From: Spirochaetia bacterium
GTDB lineage: Bacteria > Spirochaetota > Spirochaetia > SZUA-6 > Bin103
Direction of reading: 5' to 3'
Length of the DNA: 64,000 nucleotides
Assembly: GCA_965203905.1 (NCBI GenBank)
Contig: CBDBDQ010000005.1
Coordinates: 7,328,001 to 7,392,000 of the forward strand
Numbering within the stretch: position 1 is the stretch's first letter; each line of letters opens with the position of its first letter. Below are positions 25,731 through 35,699 of this stretch, one piece after another. The translations under genes and the position numbers were made by a program. The notes beneath the pieces were generated by a model, which made no database searches, had not been told where the DNA came from, and worked only from the letters and a program-made list of their open reading frames with translations.

Positions 25731-27164
25731 GTGAGTGATCTCGATCTGTGCCTGCGACCCGCCGTGGAGCAGGCGGCCCTGGTGCGGGCGCGGAAGCTGA
25801 GCGCCGGCGAGCTGCTGGCCGCCCACCTGGCGCAGATCGAGCGCCTCAATCCACGGGTCAACGCCATCTGCACCCTGGATGCCGAGGGCGCCACGGCTGC
25901 GGCGGCGCGGCTCGACGCCGAACTCGCAGCAGGGGCAGAGCCGGGCCCGCTCGCCGGGCTGCCGGTCGCGGTCAAGGATCTGGTCGACGTGGCCGGGCTG
26001 CCCACCACCCGCGGATCGCCCATCTTTCGGAGTGCCGTCGCCGACCACGACGACCTGATGGTGCAGCGCATGCGCGCCGCCGGAGCCGTGATCGTGGGCA
26101 AGAGCAACGTGCCCGAGTTCGGCGCCGGGTCGCACACCTTCAACACCGTGTTCGGAGTGACCCGCAATCCCTGGGACCTGGGTCGCTCCGCGGGCGGCAG
26201 CAGCGGCGGCGGCGCCGCGGCACTGACCAGCGGCATGGTGGCCGTGGCGGACGGCAGCGACTACGGCGGCTCGGTCCGCAATCCGCCCAACTTCAACAGC
26301 GTGGTGGGGCTGCGGCCCACGCCCGGGCGCATTCCCAAGGTACCGGCGGGCGACCCGTGGGAGACCCTCAGCGTACTCGGTCCCATGGGCCGTACCGTGG
26401 CCGACGCCGCACTGCTGCTCAGCGCGATCGCCGGACCCGACCCGCGCGACCCCACGGCCATCTGCGCAGCTCCCGGATCGTTCGCCGACGTAACGCCCGC
26501 CGACCTCAAGGGCTGCCGGGTCGCATACAGCCCCGACCTCGGGATGCTGCCGGTGGAACCGGCCGTGACCGCCGCGATCGAAGGTGCCCTGCCCCTGCTC
26601 AGCGACCTCGGCTGCGTCGTGGAGCAGGCGCACCCCGATCTCTCCGGCGGCGCGGAGGCGTTCGACGTGATCCGCGCCCTGCGCTTCGCCGCCGACCATG
26701 CCGAGACCCTTCGCCACCACCGCGCGCAGCTCAAGGACACCGTAATCTGGAACATCGAGCGCGGTCTGGCCCTGACCGTGGACCAGATACTCTGCGCCCA
26801 GGAGTTGCGTGCAGTTCAGTTCCTGCGCATGAGCGCGTTCCTGGAACGGTTCGATGTGCTGATCCTTCCGGTTTCGCAGGTGCTTCCGTTTCCAGTCGAG
26901 GTGGACTGGGTGCGCTCCATCGAGGGCGTGTCGATGGCGACCTACATCGACTGGATGCAGAGTTGCTCGCTGATCACCATGACCTCGCACCCGGCGCTGT
27001 CGCTGCCCTGCGGCTTCACCCCCGAGGGTCTGCCGGTGGGCGCCCAGATCGTCGGCCGTTACCGCGGCGAAGCGGACCTGCTGGCCTTCGCCGCCGCCTG
27101 GGAGGCCGCCCTCGGCGTCTCCTCCCGCCGCCCCGCACTGGCGTATGCCGGCGCTCCAGTGTGA
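25731..27164 (+). CDS. Amidase signature family protein
   Basis: 'GLPVAVKD', 'GGSSGG', 'GSDYGGSVRNP'; AAGGAGG RBS. Confidence 0.93.
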   Translation: MSDLDLCLRPAVEQAALVRARKLSAGELLAAHLAQIERLNPRVNAICTLDAEGATAAAARLDAELAAGAEPGPLAGLPVAVKDLVDVAGLPTTRGSPIFRSAVADHDDLMVQRMRAAGAVIVGKSNVPEFGAGSHTFNTVFGVTRNPWDLGRSAGGSSGGGAAALTSGMVAVADGSDYGGSVRNPPNFNSVVGLRPTPGRIPKVPAGDPWETLSVLGPMGRTVADAALLLSAIAGPDPRDPTAICAAPGSFADVTPADLKGCRVAYSPDLGMLPVEPAVTAAIEGALPLLSDLGCVVEQAHPDLSGGAEAFDVIRALRFAADHAETLRHHRAQLKDTVIWNIERGLALTVDQILCAQELRAVQFLRMSAFLERFDVLILPVSQVLPFPVEVDWVRSIEGVSMATYIDWMQSCSLITMTSHPALSLPCGFTPEGLPVGAQIVGRYRGEADLLAFAAAWEAALGVSSRRPALAYAGAPV

Positions 27165-27236
27165 CGTACGCCACCGGGTCACGTACCCGACCGCTGTCTG
27201 GCAAACCAGCGGGAATCAGTACATGCTGGAGGCGCC

Positions 27237-27491
27237 GTGGCACCTCGATTGAAGGCAACGGAACTGCGCGAGTATGCCCGCCGTGACTGGGGTGCGCCGG
27301 CAAGGTTGGCACGAGGTCAGCGGGCGATGCTACCGGTCGAGCACAAGGTCAGGCTGGGCATCGAGCTGTACGAAGCGGCGCGAGCCACGCGGCGCGACTG
27401 GCCCGACGAGGCCTCGCGCCGCGCCGACCTGGCGCACCACCGGCGGGTACGCGCGCTCCTGGACCGCGCGGCGCATGTCGGCGCTCGCTGA
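27237..27491 (+). CDS. Small hypothetical protein, possible antitoxin-like partner
   Basis: GGAGG RBS; overlaps the downstream nucleotidyltransferase. Confidence 0.6.
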   Translation: MAPRLKATELREYARRDWGAPARLARGQRAMLPVEHKVRLGIELYEAARATRRDWPDEASRRADLAHHRRVRALLDRAAHVGAR

Positions 27492-28041
27492 CACGCTGGC
27501 CGCCCTGGTCCGGGTATTTGACGGGCAGGGGCTGCCGTGGTTCGTGTTTGGAGCGCAGGCTATCGCGGTACGCGGAGCCCCGCGGGCGACCCAGGACGTC
27601 GACGTAACCGTCCAGGTAGCTCGGCGTCATCTCCCGGACCTCCTGGCCGGGCTCCAGGCCGCGGGGTTACGTCACCGTTATCCCGACCTGGCGGATGAGC
27701 TGGTCGCCGACGGAGCGGTGCTGCCGCTCTCTCACGCCTCCGGCATGGAAGTGGATCTGGTGCTCGCGGGATCCGGGCTGGAAGCGCTTGCCCTCGCCCG
27801 CGCGACGAAAGTCGCAATTGACGGCGTGGCAGTACCGGTAGCCCATGCCACCGACCTCGCCGTGATGAAGGTGCTTGCCGGCCGCGGCAAGGACCTGGAC
27901 GATTTGCGTTCGCTACTGGCAGGCGGCGAGGTCGATCTCGACGAGGCGCGCGACCTCCTCGGCCAACTCGAGGAAGCACTGGCGCAGAGCGACCTGCTGC
28001 CCCGGCTGGAGCAGGCGATTGCCGAACGCCGCGAGCGTTGA
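27475..28041 (+). CDS. Nucleotidyltransferase (DUF6036/AbiEii-like)
   Basis: 'VFGAQA...G.PRATQDVDV', 'DL.VMK..AGR.KDLDD'. Confidence 0.8.
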   Translation: MSALADTLAALVRVFDGQGLPWFVFGAQAIAVRGAPRATQDVDVTVQVARRHLPDLLAGLQAAGLRHRYPDLADELVADGAVLPLSHASGMEVDLVLAGSGLEALALARATKVAIDGVAVPVAHATDLAVMKVLAGRGKDLDDLRSLLAGGEVDLDEARDLLGQLEEALAQSDLLPRLEQAIAERRER

Positions 28042-28113
28042 AGGGAGCGGCAACGGGAACAGCGGGATCGACGGGTCGCCGCAGGCGAGCGTGCAGAGTT
28101 ATAGTTTGTGGCG

Positions 28114-29058
28114 ATGGCAGTTCTCGGCACCAGCACACGGATGGCGCACGCCGTGTCGCAGCAGCCGCTGTTGGAGGCGATCTCCGAACGCGTGCTGCTG
28201 GCGGACGGAGCCATGGGGACGCAACTGCAGCGGGCAGGCCTCGAACCGGGCGGTGCCGGCGAGGCGTGGAATATCGACAACCCGGACGCGGTGCTGGCGA
28301 TCCAGCGCGGCTACGTCGAGGCCGGTTCGGACTGTCTGCTCAGCAATACGTTCGGTGCCTGCCGCGTCATGCTGGAGCGGCACTCGCTGGCCGACCGCGT
28401 TGCGCCGATCAACGCGCAGGGAGTGGCGCTCGCGCGCGCCGCGTTCGGCGGCCGGCCGGGCTACGTGATCGGCGACATCGGACCGTTCGGCGGCTTGATG
28501 GAGCCGTACGGCGAGGTGCCGCAGGAAGCGGTGCTGGCGGCCTTCCGCGAGCAGGCGGCGGCCCTGGTGGGCGCCGGCGCCGACGCGGTGATCATCGAGA
28601 CCCAGACCGCGCTGGAGGAGATCGGCCTGGGCATCGCCGCCGCCAGGGAAGCCGGTGCCGCCTGCGTCATCGCCTCCATGGCCTTCGACCTGAACCGCGA
28701 CGGCAGGGACGTGCGTACCATGATGGGCGTGCGGGTGGAACAGGCGGCCGAGGTGCTGCAGGATGCCGGCGCCGATATCCTGGCCATCAACTGCGGCACC
28801 GGGGTGGACATGGCCTGGGCCGCGCGGATCCTCGAACGCTACCGCTCGGCCTCCGATCTGCCGCTCATGGCCAAGCCCAACAACGGCCTTCCGGAGCTTG
28901 TCGACATGGAGGTGGTGTACCGCCAGACCCCGGAGCAGATGGTGGTCGGCCTCGACGCGGTGCTCGCCGCCGGCGCCCGCATCGTCGGCGGCTGCTGCGG
29001 CACCACCGCCGAGCACGTGCGCCGCCTCCGGGGCGTGGTCGACGCCTGGAACGAATAG
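28114..29058 (+). CDS. Homocysteine S-methyltransferase family protein (stand-alone Hcy-binding domain)
   Basis: 'DGAMGTQL', 'IGPFG', 'IIETQ', 'INCG', 'GGCCGTT'; start uncertain. Confidence 0.9.
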   Translation: MAVLGTSTRMAHAVSQQPLLEAISERVLLADGAMGTQLQRAGLEPGGAGEAWNIDNPDAVLAIQRGYVEAGSDCLLSNTFGACRVMLERHSLADRVAPINAQGVALARAAFGGRPGYVIGDIGPFGGLMEPYGEVPQEAVLAAFREQAAALVGAGADAVIIETQTALEEIGLGIAAAREAGAACVIASMAFDLNRDGRDVRTMMGVRVEQAAEVLQDAGADILAINCGTGVDMAWAARILERYRSASDLPLMAKPNNGLPELVDMEVVYRQTPEQMVVGLDAVLAAGARIVGGCCGTTAEHVRRLRGVVDAWNE

Positions 29059-29075
29059 GGCGTCCCAGGCTCCCG

Positions 29076-30266
29076 CTACGCCGGCACCTCGTTCACCACG
29101 AGCCGCAGTTCCGCCGCCACCAGGCGGCGCTCCGCCTCGGTTCCCACGCTCAGGCGGATGCAACGGTCGAGGGGCGGCGCCCCCGGCTTGCGCACGAACA
29201 CCCCGCGTTCGATGAGGGCACCCATCACCGCTTCCGCCCGCCCCCGGGTGCCGAGATCGAAGCACACGAAGTTGGTCTCCGACGGCAGGGTCGGCAGCCC
29301 CAGCGCGCGCCCCAGCTCGTGGTACGCGGCGCGGCCGGCGGCGACCTCGCGGGCCACCCCGGCCACGAACGCCGCATCCGCCAGTGAGGCCCGGGCCGCC
29401 TCCTGGGCCACCCGGCTCACCCCGAACTGCAGGCGCAGCTTGTTCAGCCCCGTGCACACCGCGGGGGCGCCCACCGCGTACGCGATGCGCGCCCCCGCCA
29501 TGCCATGCGCCTTGGAGAAGGTGCGCAGGACCACTACCCGGGGATCGTCCGTGAGCAGGGAGCGCGCCGGGGCGGTGGGCGCATAGTCGATGTACGCCTC
29601 GTCCAGCGCCAGGATGCAGCCGCTGGGAAGCGCGGCGACGAAATCCCGCACCGCGCCCTCCGCCTGCCAGGTGCCGGAAGGATTGTCCGGGTTCGCCAGG
29701 TACACCACGGTGGCGCCGGACGCGGCGCCGGCGGCGCGGGCGCGGATGCTCTCGCTGGCCCGTGCCTGGGCCGCCAGCGCGGCCAGGTCCACGTGGTCGT
29801 CGGCACCGTACGGCACGGCATCCAGCGGCACGCCGAAGGTCGCCGTGTGGTAGGCGAAGGTGGGATAGGAGCCGAAGGCCATCACCGCCCGGCCGCCGTC
29901 AGTCGCGAAGGCCCGAACCACGAGGGCGAGCAGATCGTCGATGCCGGCGCCTACCAGCACCTGGTCCACGTCGACCCCGTGATGCGCCGCCAGATCGGCG
30001 CGCAGGTCGTAGTTCTCCGGATCCCCGTACCAGGAGAGCCGCTCGATGGCGGCAGCGGCGGCGGCCCGCGCGCGCGGCGACATGCCGAAAGCGCTCTCGT
30101 TGGCCCCGACCCGGACCCGGAACCTGCGGCCGGTGTCGCGCTCCAGTGCCTCCGGCCCGACGAAGGGGTTGGCCGCATCCAGGCCGGCCACCAGCCTGGC
30201 AAACGGGGGCGCGCCCTGCGCCGCCGGGTCACGCTGACTAGGTTCCACGGCTGCCGATCCTAACAC
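29076..30266 (-). CDS. PLP-dependent aminotransferase (HisC-like)
   Basis: 'GANES', 'ANPDNPSG', 'LDEAY', 'RTFSKAHGMAGARI'. Confidence 0.9.
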   Translation of the reverse strand: MLGSAAVEPSQRDPAAQGAPPFARLVAGLDAANPFVGPEALERDTGRRFRVRVGANESAFGMSPRARAAAAAAIERLSWYGDPENYDLRADLAAHHGVDVDQVLVGAGIDDLLALVVRAFATDGGRAVMAFGSYPTFAYHTATFGVPLDAVPYGADDHVDLAALAAQARASESIRARAAGAASGATVVYLANPDNPSGTWQAEGAVRDFVAALPSGCILALDEAYIDYAPTAPARSLLTDDPRVVVLRTFSKAHGMAGARIAYAVGAPAVCTGLNKLRLQFGVSRVAQEAARASLADAAFVAGVAREVAAGRAAYHELGRALGLPTLPSETNFVCFDLGTRGRAEAVMGALIERGVFVRKPGAPPLDRCIRLSVGTEAERRLVAAELRLVVNEVPA

Positions 30267-30295
30267 ACCCCGTGCCGCCCGCGACGCCGACGGGA

Positions 30296-30748
30296 TCAGT
30301 TGTCAGCCTCGTCCTTGTCCCCGTCCTCGTCCTGAGACGTGGCCTTGATGAGCGTCACGACGTTGCAGCCCTCTTCCCGGCGGTATTCGACGGTGTCCAT
30401 CATCTGGTGCACCAGGAACAGCCCCAGACCGCCAAGGGGAGTGTCTTCGAGCGACGTATCGAGGTCGCGTTCCGGCACCAGCGCCAGATCGAACGGCATG
30501 CTGTCGTCCACGATCACCACCACCAGGGACTGCTCTTCCAGGCGCACGATGATCTCGATCTGGTGGCGCTCGTCATCCTCGTAGCCGTAGCTGATGGTGT
30601 TGGTCAGGATCTCGTCGATCGCCAGGTTGAGCGCGTAGGCGGCGTGCTGCAGGTCATGCGCCGCGCAGAACCCGTCGATCTGTGCCGCGGCACCCGCAAT
30701 CTCGCGCAGCTCATTGGCGAGCGAGATCTCCAGCCACTGGTCACTCAT
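30296..30748 (-). CDS. RsbW/SpoIIAB-like anti-sigma factor Ser/Thr kinase (HATPase_c_2)
   Basis: 'LAIDEILTNTISYGY', 'DDSMPFD', 'GGLGLFLV..MMD.VEY'; ATGA overlap with hlyD. Confidence 0.88.
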   Translation of the reverse strand: MSDQWLEISLANELREIAGAAAQIDGFCAAHDLQHAAYALNLAIDEILTNTISYGYEDDERHQIEIIVRLEEQSLVVVIVDDSMPFDLALVPERDLDTSLEDTPLGGLGLFLVHQMMDTVEYRREEGCNVVTLIKATSQDEDGDKDEADN

Positions 30749-32061
30749 TCTTCACGCAGGGAGCGCAGGAAGTAATCGCTCAGCGGCTTGGCCAGATAGC
30801 TGAGCGGAGAACGCTCTCCGGTCTGGATGTGGATCTCCACCGGCATGCCGGGCGTCAGGGTGAGGCCGGCGGTCCGCAGCCTGCCGGACTCCGCGGGCCC
30901 GCCCAGGGTCACTTCGACCACGTACCACGCCCGGCCGCTGTCGTCGTCGCGCACGGCGTCTCCCGAGACCCGCCGTACCTGCCCCTCGTACTCCGGCGTC
31001 GTACGCGCCGGAAAGGCGCTGAAGCGCAGCTTTGCCGGCTGCCCCGGGTACACCTGGTCGACGTGGATCGGCGCGAGCTGCGCCTTCGCCACCAGGTCCG
31101 CTCCCGCCGGCACGATCTGCAGGATCGGCTCACCCGGCAGCACCACCTCGCGCGGCGCGAATACCCGCATGCCGAACACCTCACCCGTCACCGGGGCGCG
31201 CACCTCCAGCCGCCCCAGGCGCTCGCGGACCGCGGCCAGCCGCTCCCGCACCTCGTTCTCGCGGGAGTGGACCTCGCGCGCCTGCTCCTCCGCCTCCTCG
31301 ATCCGCCTGGTGTCGATCTGCAGGATCAGGAGCTCGTATTCCGCGATGCGGCTGCGCGTGCGGGCGATGGCGGCGGTGTTGGTCCCCGCCTGTCCCCGCA
31401 GGTTCTCCGCGGCGCGCTCCAGTGAGAGCAGCGCGCTGCGGTCCATGCCGCCCTGCTCGACCAGCCTGCGCCTGGCGCCGAGTTCCTCGGCGAGCAGCAC
31501 GCTCTGCTGCTGCAGCGCCGCGGCCCGCGCCTCCAGCCCGGCGATCTCCTGCCGCGCCTGCGCGATCCGTTCGCGCAGCCGCGCCACTTCGCCGGTGCGC
31601 GCGTCGTTACGCGCCCGGAACAGCCGCTCCTGCCCCGCGAGGATCTCCCGTACGTCCGCGTCGCTGGTGCCGAGCGCGGCGAGCTCCGGGTCCCACGCCA
31701 CGGTGTCCGCGTTGCGGAACTCCGCCTCCAGCCGGTTGCGCCGTGCCACCAGCTCGACATGCTGCGCCCGCAGGATCGCCGCTTCCGAGCGCGGCAGCGC
31801 ATCGTCGAACCGCAGCAGCACGTCACCGGCCGCTACCTCGGCACCGTCCCGCACCATGATCTCGCTCACCGTGCCGCCGTCGATGTGCTCCACGACCTGG
31901 TTGTGGCTCTCGGTCGCCACCCAGCCGCTCACGATCACGGCGCCGGAAATCGAGGCGAGCACGCTCCAGCCGGCGATTCCGCCAACCAGCACCGCCAGCG
32001 CACCGAAGCCGAGGCTCAGCGCGGCGCGCGCCGACGACCAGCGTGTCGCGGCCCGTTCCAC
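30745..32061 (-). CDS. HlyD/PrtE-family type I secretion membrane fusion protein
   Basis: N-terminal TM, 'VEHIDGGTV', coiled coil, 'RAPVTGEV', 'PGMPVEIHIQTGERS..SYL.KP'. Confidence 0.93.
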   Translation of the reverse strand: MERAATRWSSARAALSLGFGALAVLVGGIAGWSVLASISGAVIVSGWVATESHNQVVEHIDGGTVSEIMVRDGAEVAAGDVLLRFDDALPRSEAAILRAQHVELVARRNRLEAEFRNADTVAWDPELAALGTSDADVREILAGQERLFRARNDARTGEVARLRERIAQARQEIAGLEARAAALQQQSVLLAEELGARRRLVEQGGMDRSALLSLERAAENLRGQAGTNTAAIARTRSRIAEYELLILQIDTRRIEEAEEQAREVHSRENEVRERLAAVRERLGRLEVRAPVTGEVFGMRVFAPREVVLPGEPILQIVPAGADLVAKAQLAPIHVDQVYPGQPAKLRFSAFPARTTPEYEGQVRRVSGDAVRDDDSGRAWYVVEVTLGGPAESGRLRTAGLTLTPGMPVEIHIQTGERSPLSYLAKPLSDYFLRSLREE

Positions 32062-32070
32062 CGCCGTCCG

Positions 32071-33942
32071 CTACGACGCGCCGGGCTGCGCGCCCGGCTC
32101 GGGGAGTGTCTCGGTGGCGGCCGCGTCCGAGGGAGCGGCGCGAGCGCCCACCACGCGCTCGATGGCACGGGCAATCTGCTTCTCCCGTGCCGGGTCAGGG
32201 GTGGCGGAGCGTCCATTCGCGGGCTGCCTGGTGGGCACTCTGCGCCCACCCGCGGCCGGTGCGCGCCGCGCCGGCGGCGGGCGGCGCCGCGCCCGCGCCG
32301 GGACCGGCCGTCCGCCCTCCATCAGGTACACCCGGTCGCACTGGGCGAAGGCGCCGTGGCGGTGCGCCACGATCACCGCCGCGCCCGCGCGCGCCTTGTG
32401 CTCCTTTACCGCTGCGGCGAGCGCCATGGTGCCCTCGGCGTCCAGGTTGGAGTCCGGTTCGTCCATCACCACCACCACCGGGGAGCCGTAGAACGCGCGC
32501 GCCAGGGCGATGCGCTGGCGCTGACCGCCCGACAGCGCCGCGCCGCCCGCCGACACCTGGAAGTCGTACCCGCCGGGCAGCTTCAGGATCATTTCGTGCG
32601 CCCCGGTACGCTTGGCGGCCTCGACCACCGCCGCGGCGTCGGGCACCGGTGCCAGGCGCGCGATGTTTTCCGCCACGGTACCGTCGAACAGCACCACTTC
32701 CTGTGGCAGGTAGCCGATGTGGCGCCCCAGCTCAGCCGTGCCGTAGTGGTCCAGCTCGGCGCCGTCGAGCCGCACCGACCCCGCGAGCGGCCGCCACACC
32801 CCGGCAAGGGCGCGCGCCAATGTCGACTTGCCCGAGGCGGAGGCGCCGGCGATCCCCGCCGCCTGCCCGGCCTCCAGCCGCAACGACGCTCCCCGCACCA
32901 CCGCGTACCGCGTGCCCGGCGGCGCCACGATGAGGTTCTGCGCCTCCAGCCTGGCGCGCGGCGCAGGCAGCGCCGTCCGCGGCTCCTCCGACGGCGTATC
33001 GCCGAGCAGCTTTCCGAGCTCGCGCCACGCCTCCACCGCGCGCTGCAGCCGCGGCCAGTACCCGACCGCCTGGTCGATCGGAGCCAGCGCCCGCCCCAGC
33101 AGGATCGAACCGGCGATCATGATCCCGGGCGTCACCTCGCCGCGCAGCGCCAGCAACGCCCCCAGACCCAGCATCATCGACTGCAGGAACAGGCGCAGGG
33201 TCTTGGTGAGCGCCAGGTAGAGCCCGTTGCGATCGGATGCCGCGAGGGTCTTGTCGAGGAGGCGGTTGCGCAGCGCCCGAGAACGCGCCAGCACGGCGTC
33301 GAGCATGCCGAGGCCCTGTACCGTCTCGCCTCCGGCACGCACCTGCTCGATGAAGTGGGTGGCATGTGCGGTGGCCTCCCCCGCCTCGCGCTGCAGCGCC
33401 CCGGTGCGGGCCTGGTTGATCAGCGCCACCGCGAGCAGCAGGAAGCCCGAGAACACGGCCAGCACGCCCAGCATCCAGTGGAACACGAACAGCACGAACA
33501 GGAACACCGGAGTCCACGGGGCATCGAAGAAGGTGAACGCCCCCGGACTGGACGCGAACCGTTGAATCGCCTCCAGATCGTTCAGGCCGGTGGCCGGGCG
33601 CGAGCGCTCGGCCGGCGCCACGGAGCGCACCATGATCGCCCGCAGCACGCGCGGGTCGAGCCGTTCCTGCAGGCGCGCTCCGACCCGGGCGAGGACCCGC
33701 CCGCGGGCATGATCGAGCACACCCATGAGCAGGAACAGGAACGCCACCAGGGCGGCGAGGGTAGCCAGCGTCGCGTCCGAACGGGAACTCAGCACCCGGT
33801 CGTAGATCTGCAGCATGAACAGCGGCCCGGTCAGCATCAGCACGTTCACCGCCATGCTGAACAGGCCGCATGCCACGAACAGCCGCCGGCTCTCCGCGAG
33901 CGCCGCGCGGATCTCCCGGTCGCCGTTTCGGTTGTCCGTCAT
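32071..33942 (-). CDS. PrtD-family type I secretion permease/ATPase
   Basis: 'FMLQIYDRVLSSRS', 'FFDAPWTP', GASASGKST, LSGGQRQR, 'MDEPDSNLD'. Confidence 0.93.
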   Translation of the reverse strand: MTDNRNGDREIRAALAESRRLFVACGLFSMAVNVLMLTGPLFMLQIYDRVLSSRSDATLATLAALVAFLFLLMGVLDHARGRVLARVGARLQERLDPRVLRAIMVRSVAPAERSRPATGLNDLEAIQRFASSPGAFTFFDAPWTPVFLFVLFVFHWMLGVLAVFSGFLLLAVALINQARTGALQREAGEATAHATHFIEQVRAGGETVQGLGMLDAVLARSRALRNRLLDKTLAASDRNGLYLALTKTLRLFLQSMMLGLGALLALRGEVTPGIMIAGSILLGRALAPIDQAVGYWPRLQRAVEAWRELGKLLGDTPSEEPRTALPAPRARLEAQNLIVAPPGTRYAVVRGASLRLEAGQAAGIAGASASGKSTLARALAGVWRPLAGSVRLDGAELDHYGTAELGRHIGYLPQEVVLFDGTVAENIARLAPVPDAAAVVEAAKRTGAHEMILKLPGGYDFQVSAGGAALSGGQRQRIALARAFYGSPVVVVMDEPDSNLDAEGTMALAAAVKEHKARAGAAVIVAHRHGAFAQCDRVYLMEGGRPVPARARRRPPPARRAPAAGGRRVPTRQPANGRSATPDPAREKQIARAIERVVGARAAPSDAAATETLPEPGAQPGAS

Positions 33943-33988
33943 TCGTTACGGTATCGGCAGCCCCGTGAAGCTGGCCGCTGCGACGGGA

Positions 33989-35596
33989 TCACATACCGTC
34001 CTCGACGGTCGCCTCCGCGAACACGAAGTCGGCGGCGTCCAGGTCGGAGACGGCGACGTTCTCCAGCCGTACGGAGCCGGCGCCGTGCGAGCTGAGGTCG
34101 ATCACCACGTCGCCGCCGTCGGCGCTGATGCTCAGGTCGTCGAACCCGGTGATGCCGGAAAGGTTGCTGAGGTCGATGTGATCCTTGCCGTCGGTAAAGT
34201 CGCCGATCGTGGTCAGGGTCTGTCCCGCCTCGACCACGAAGGTGTCGGCACCCGCGCCGCCGTGCGCGTAGTTGCTGCCGGTGCCGGCGTTGATGGTGTC
34301 GTCGCCGGCGCCGCCGAAGATCGTGTCGTCACCGGCACCGCCCCGGAGGTCGTCGGCTCCCTCGTTGCCGAAGATCCAGTCGTCGCCGCCGCCGCCATCG
34401 AGCGTATCGGCGCCCTCGGCCCCGATGAGGGTGTCGTGGAACTCGCCTCCCGTCGCCTCCGTTTCGGCCTCGCTGCCGATGAACAGCGTGCCGGAGGTGC
34501 TCTCCGTGGCGAACTGGAAGATGTCGGCCGTGACATCGGTGGAGGCCACGCCCTGCAGCGTGATGGTGCCGGCGTCGTCCCCGGGCAGGGTGATGACCGT
34601 CCCGGTGCCGTCTTCGGTGGCGGCGATGGTCAGGTCGTCGAAGTCGACGTCGGTGCCGAACGCGGTGAGGTCGATCCTGTCGTCGGCGGTGCTGAAGTCG
34701 GTGATGGTATCGGCGCCGTCCCCCGGCTCGAACACGAAGATGTCGCGGCCGCCGCCGCCGGTCATGGTGTCGTCGCCGGTGCCGCCGGTGATGATCTCGT
34801 TCGCCGTGGTCCCGGTAATCGTGTCGTCGCCGGCGTTCGAGAACTCGAACAGGTCCCGGGTGACGTTTTCGGGAGCGATGCCCTCCAACGTAATGGTGAC
34901 GGCGTCGCCGGTCATGGCTCCCGGCACCGTGATGACCGATCCGGTGCCGTACGCAGTCGCGGTGATGGTCAGGTCGTCGAACGAGAGGTCCGTGCCGAAC
35001 TGCGACAGGTTGATGGTGTCCGCGGCCGTGTCGAAGTCGGTGATGGAATCGGCGCCGTCGCCCGGACCGAACACAAAGGTGTCGGCGCCCGCTCCGCCGG
35101 TGAGAGCGTCGGTGCCGCTGCCGCCCACAAGGATGTCGTTACCTTCGCCGCCGTAGAGTACGTCGTGGCCAGCGCCACCGACCAGGAGATCCCCCTGGTC
35201 ACCGCCCCTGATGGTGTCGTTCCCGCTGTCGCCCAGAAGGAGGTCGGAGCCGGTGCCGCCCTTGATGAGGTCGTCACCGCTGCCACCGCGAATGATGTCG
35301 CTACCGGCCTGCCCGCTCAGGGTGTCGTCACCGCTGCCGCCCATGATGACGTCGTGGCCGGCGCCACCCTTGACGGTGTCGTCACCGCTGCCGCCGAACA
35401 GGAAGTCGGTGTTGCTGCCGCCGGAGATGGTATCGTTACCGCCCTCGCCCATGACGACGTCGACGCCGCCCTCGGCGTGAATCTCGTCGGCTCCTTCCGT
35501 ACCGACGATGATGTCGGTGCCTTGGGTGCCGTAGTAAGCCTCGGAGGTCTGCTGATCCTCCGTGTTCTGGGAGTCGGGATTCTGTGGATCCGACAT
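33989..35596 (-). CDS. RTX calcium-binding protein, T1SS substrate
   Basis: GGxGxD repeats plus three ~85-aa 'DTFVF..GDG.D.ITDF....D.IDL...FDDL.I...' modules; GAGGAGG RBS; first gene of the T1SS operon. Confidence 0.9.
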   Translation of the reverse strand: MSDPQNPDSQNTEDQQTSEAYYGTQGTDIIVGTEGADEIHAEGGVDVVMGEGGNDTISGGSNTDFLFGGSGDDTVKGGAGHDVIMGGSGDDTLSGQAGSDIIRGGSGDDLIKGGTGSDLLLGDSGNDTIRGGDQGDLLVGGAGHDVLYGGEGNDILVGGSGTDALTGGAGADTFVFGPGDGADSITDFDTAADTINLSQFGTDLSFDDLTITATAYGTGSVITVPGAMTGDAVTITLEGIAPENVTRDLFEFSNAGDDTITGTTANEIITGGTGDDTMTGGGGRDIFVFEPGDGADTITDFSTADDRIDLTAFGTDVDFDDLTIAATEDGTGTVITLPGDDAGTITLQGVASTDVTADIFQFATESTSGTLFIGSEAETEATGGEFHDTLIGAEGADTLDGGGGDDWIFGNEGADDLRGGAGDDTIFGGAGDDTINAGTGSNYAHGGAGADTFVVEAGQTLTTIGDFTDGKDHIDLSNLSGITGFDDLSISADGGDVVIDLSSHGAGSVRLENVAVSDLDAADFVFAEATVEDGM

Positions 35597-35699
35597 GATT
35601 GCCTCCTCGAATTAGATTATTGAACAGCCTATTTTCATAGTACCGGATCATGTGAGCCGCCCGATTGACCCCCGATAGCCCCGAATCCTCGCCGACGGT

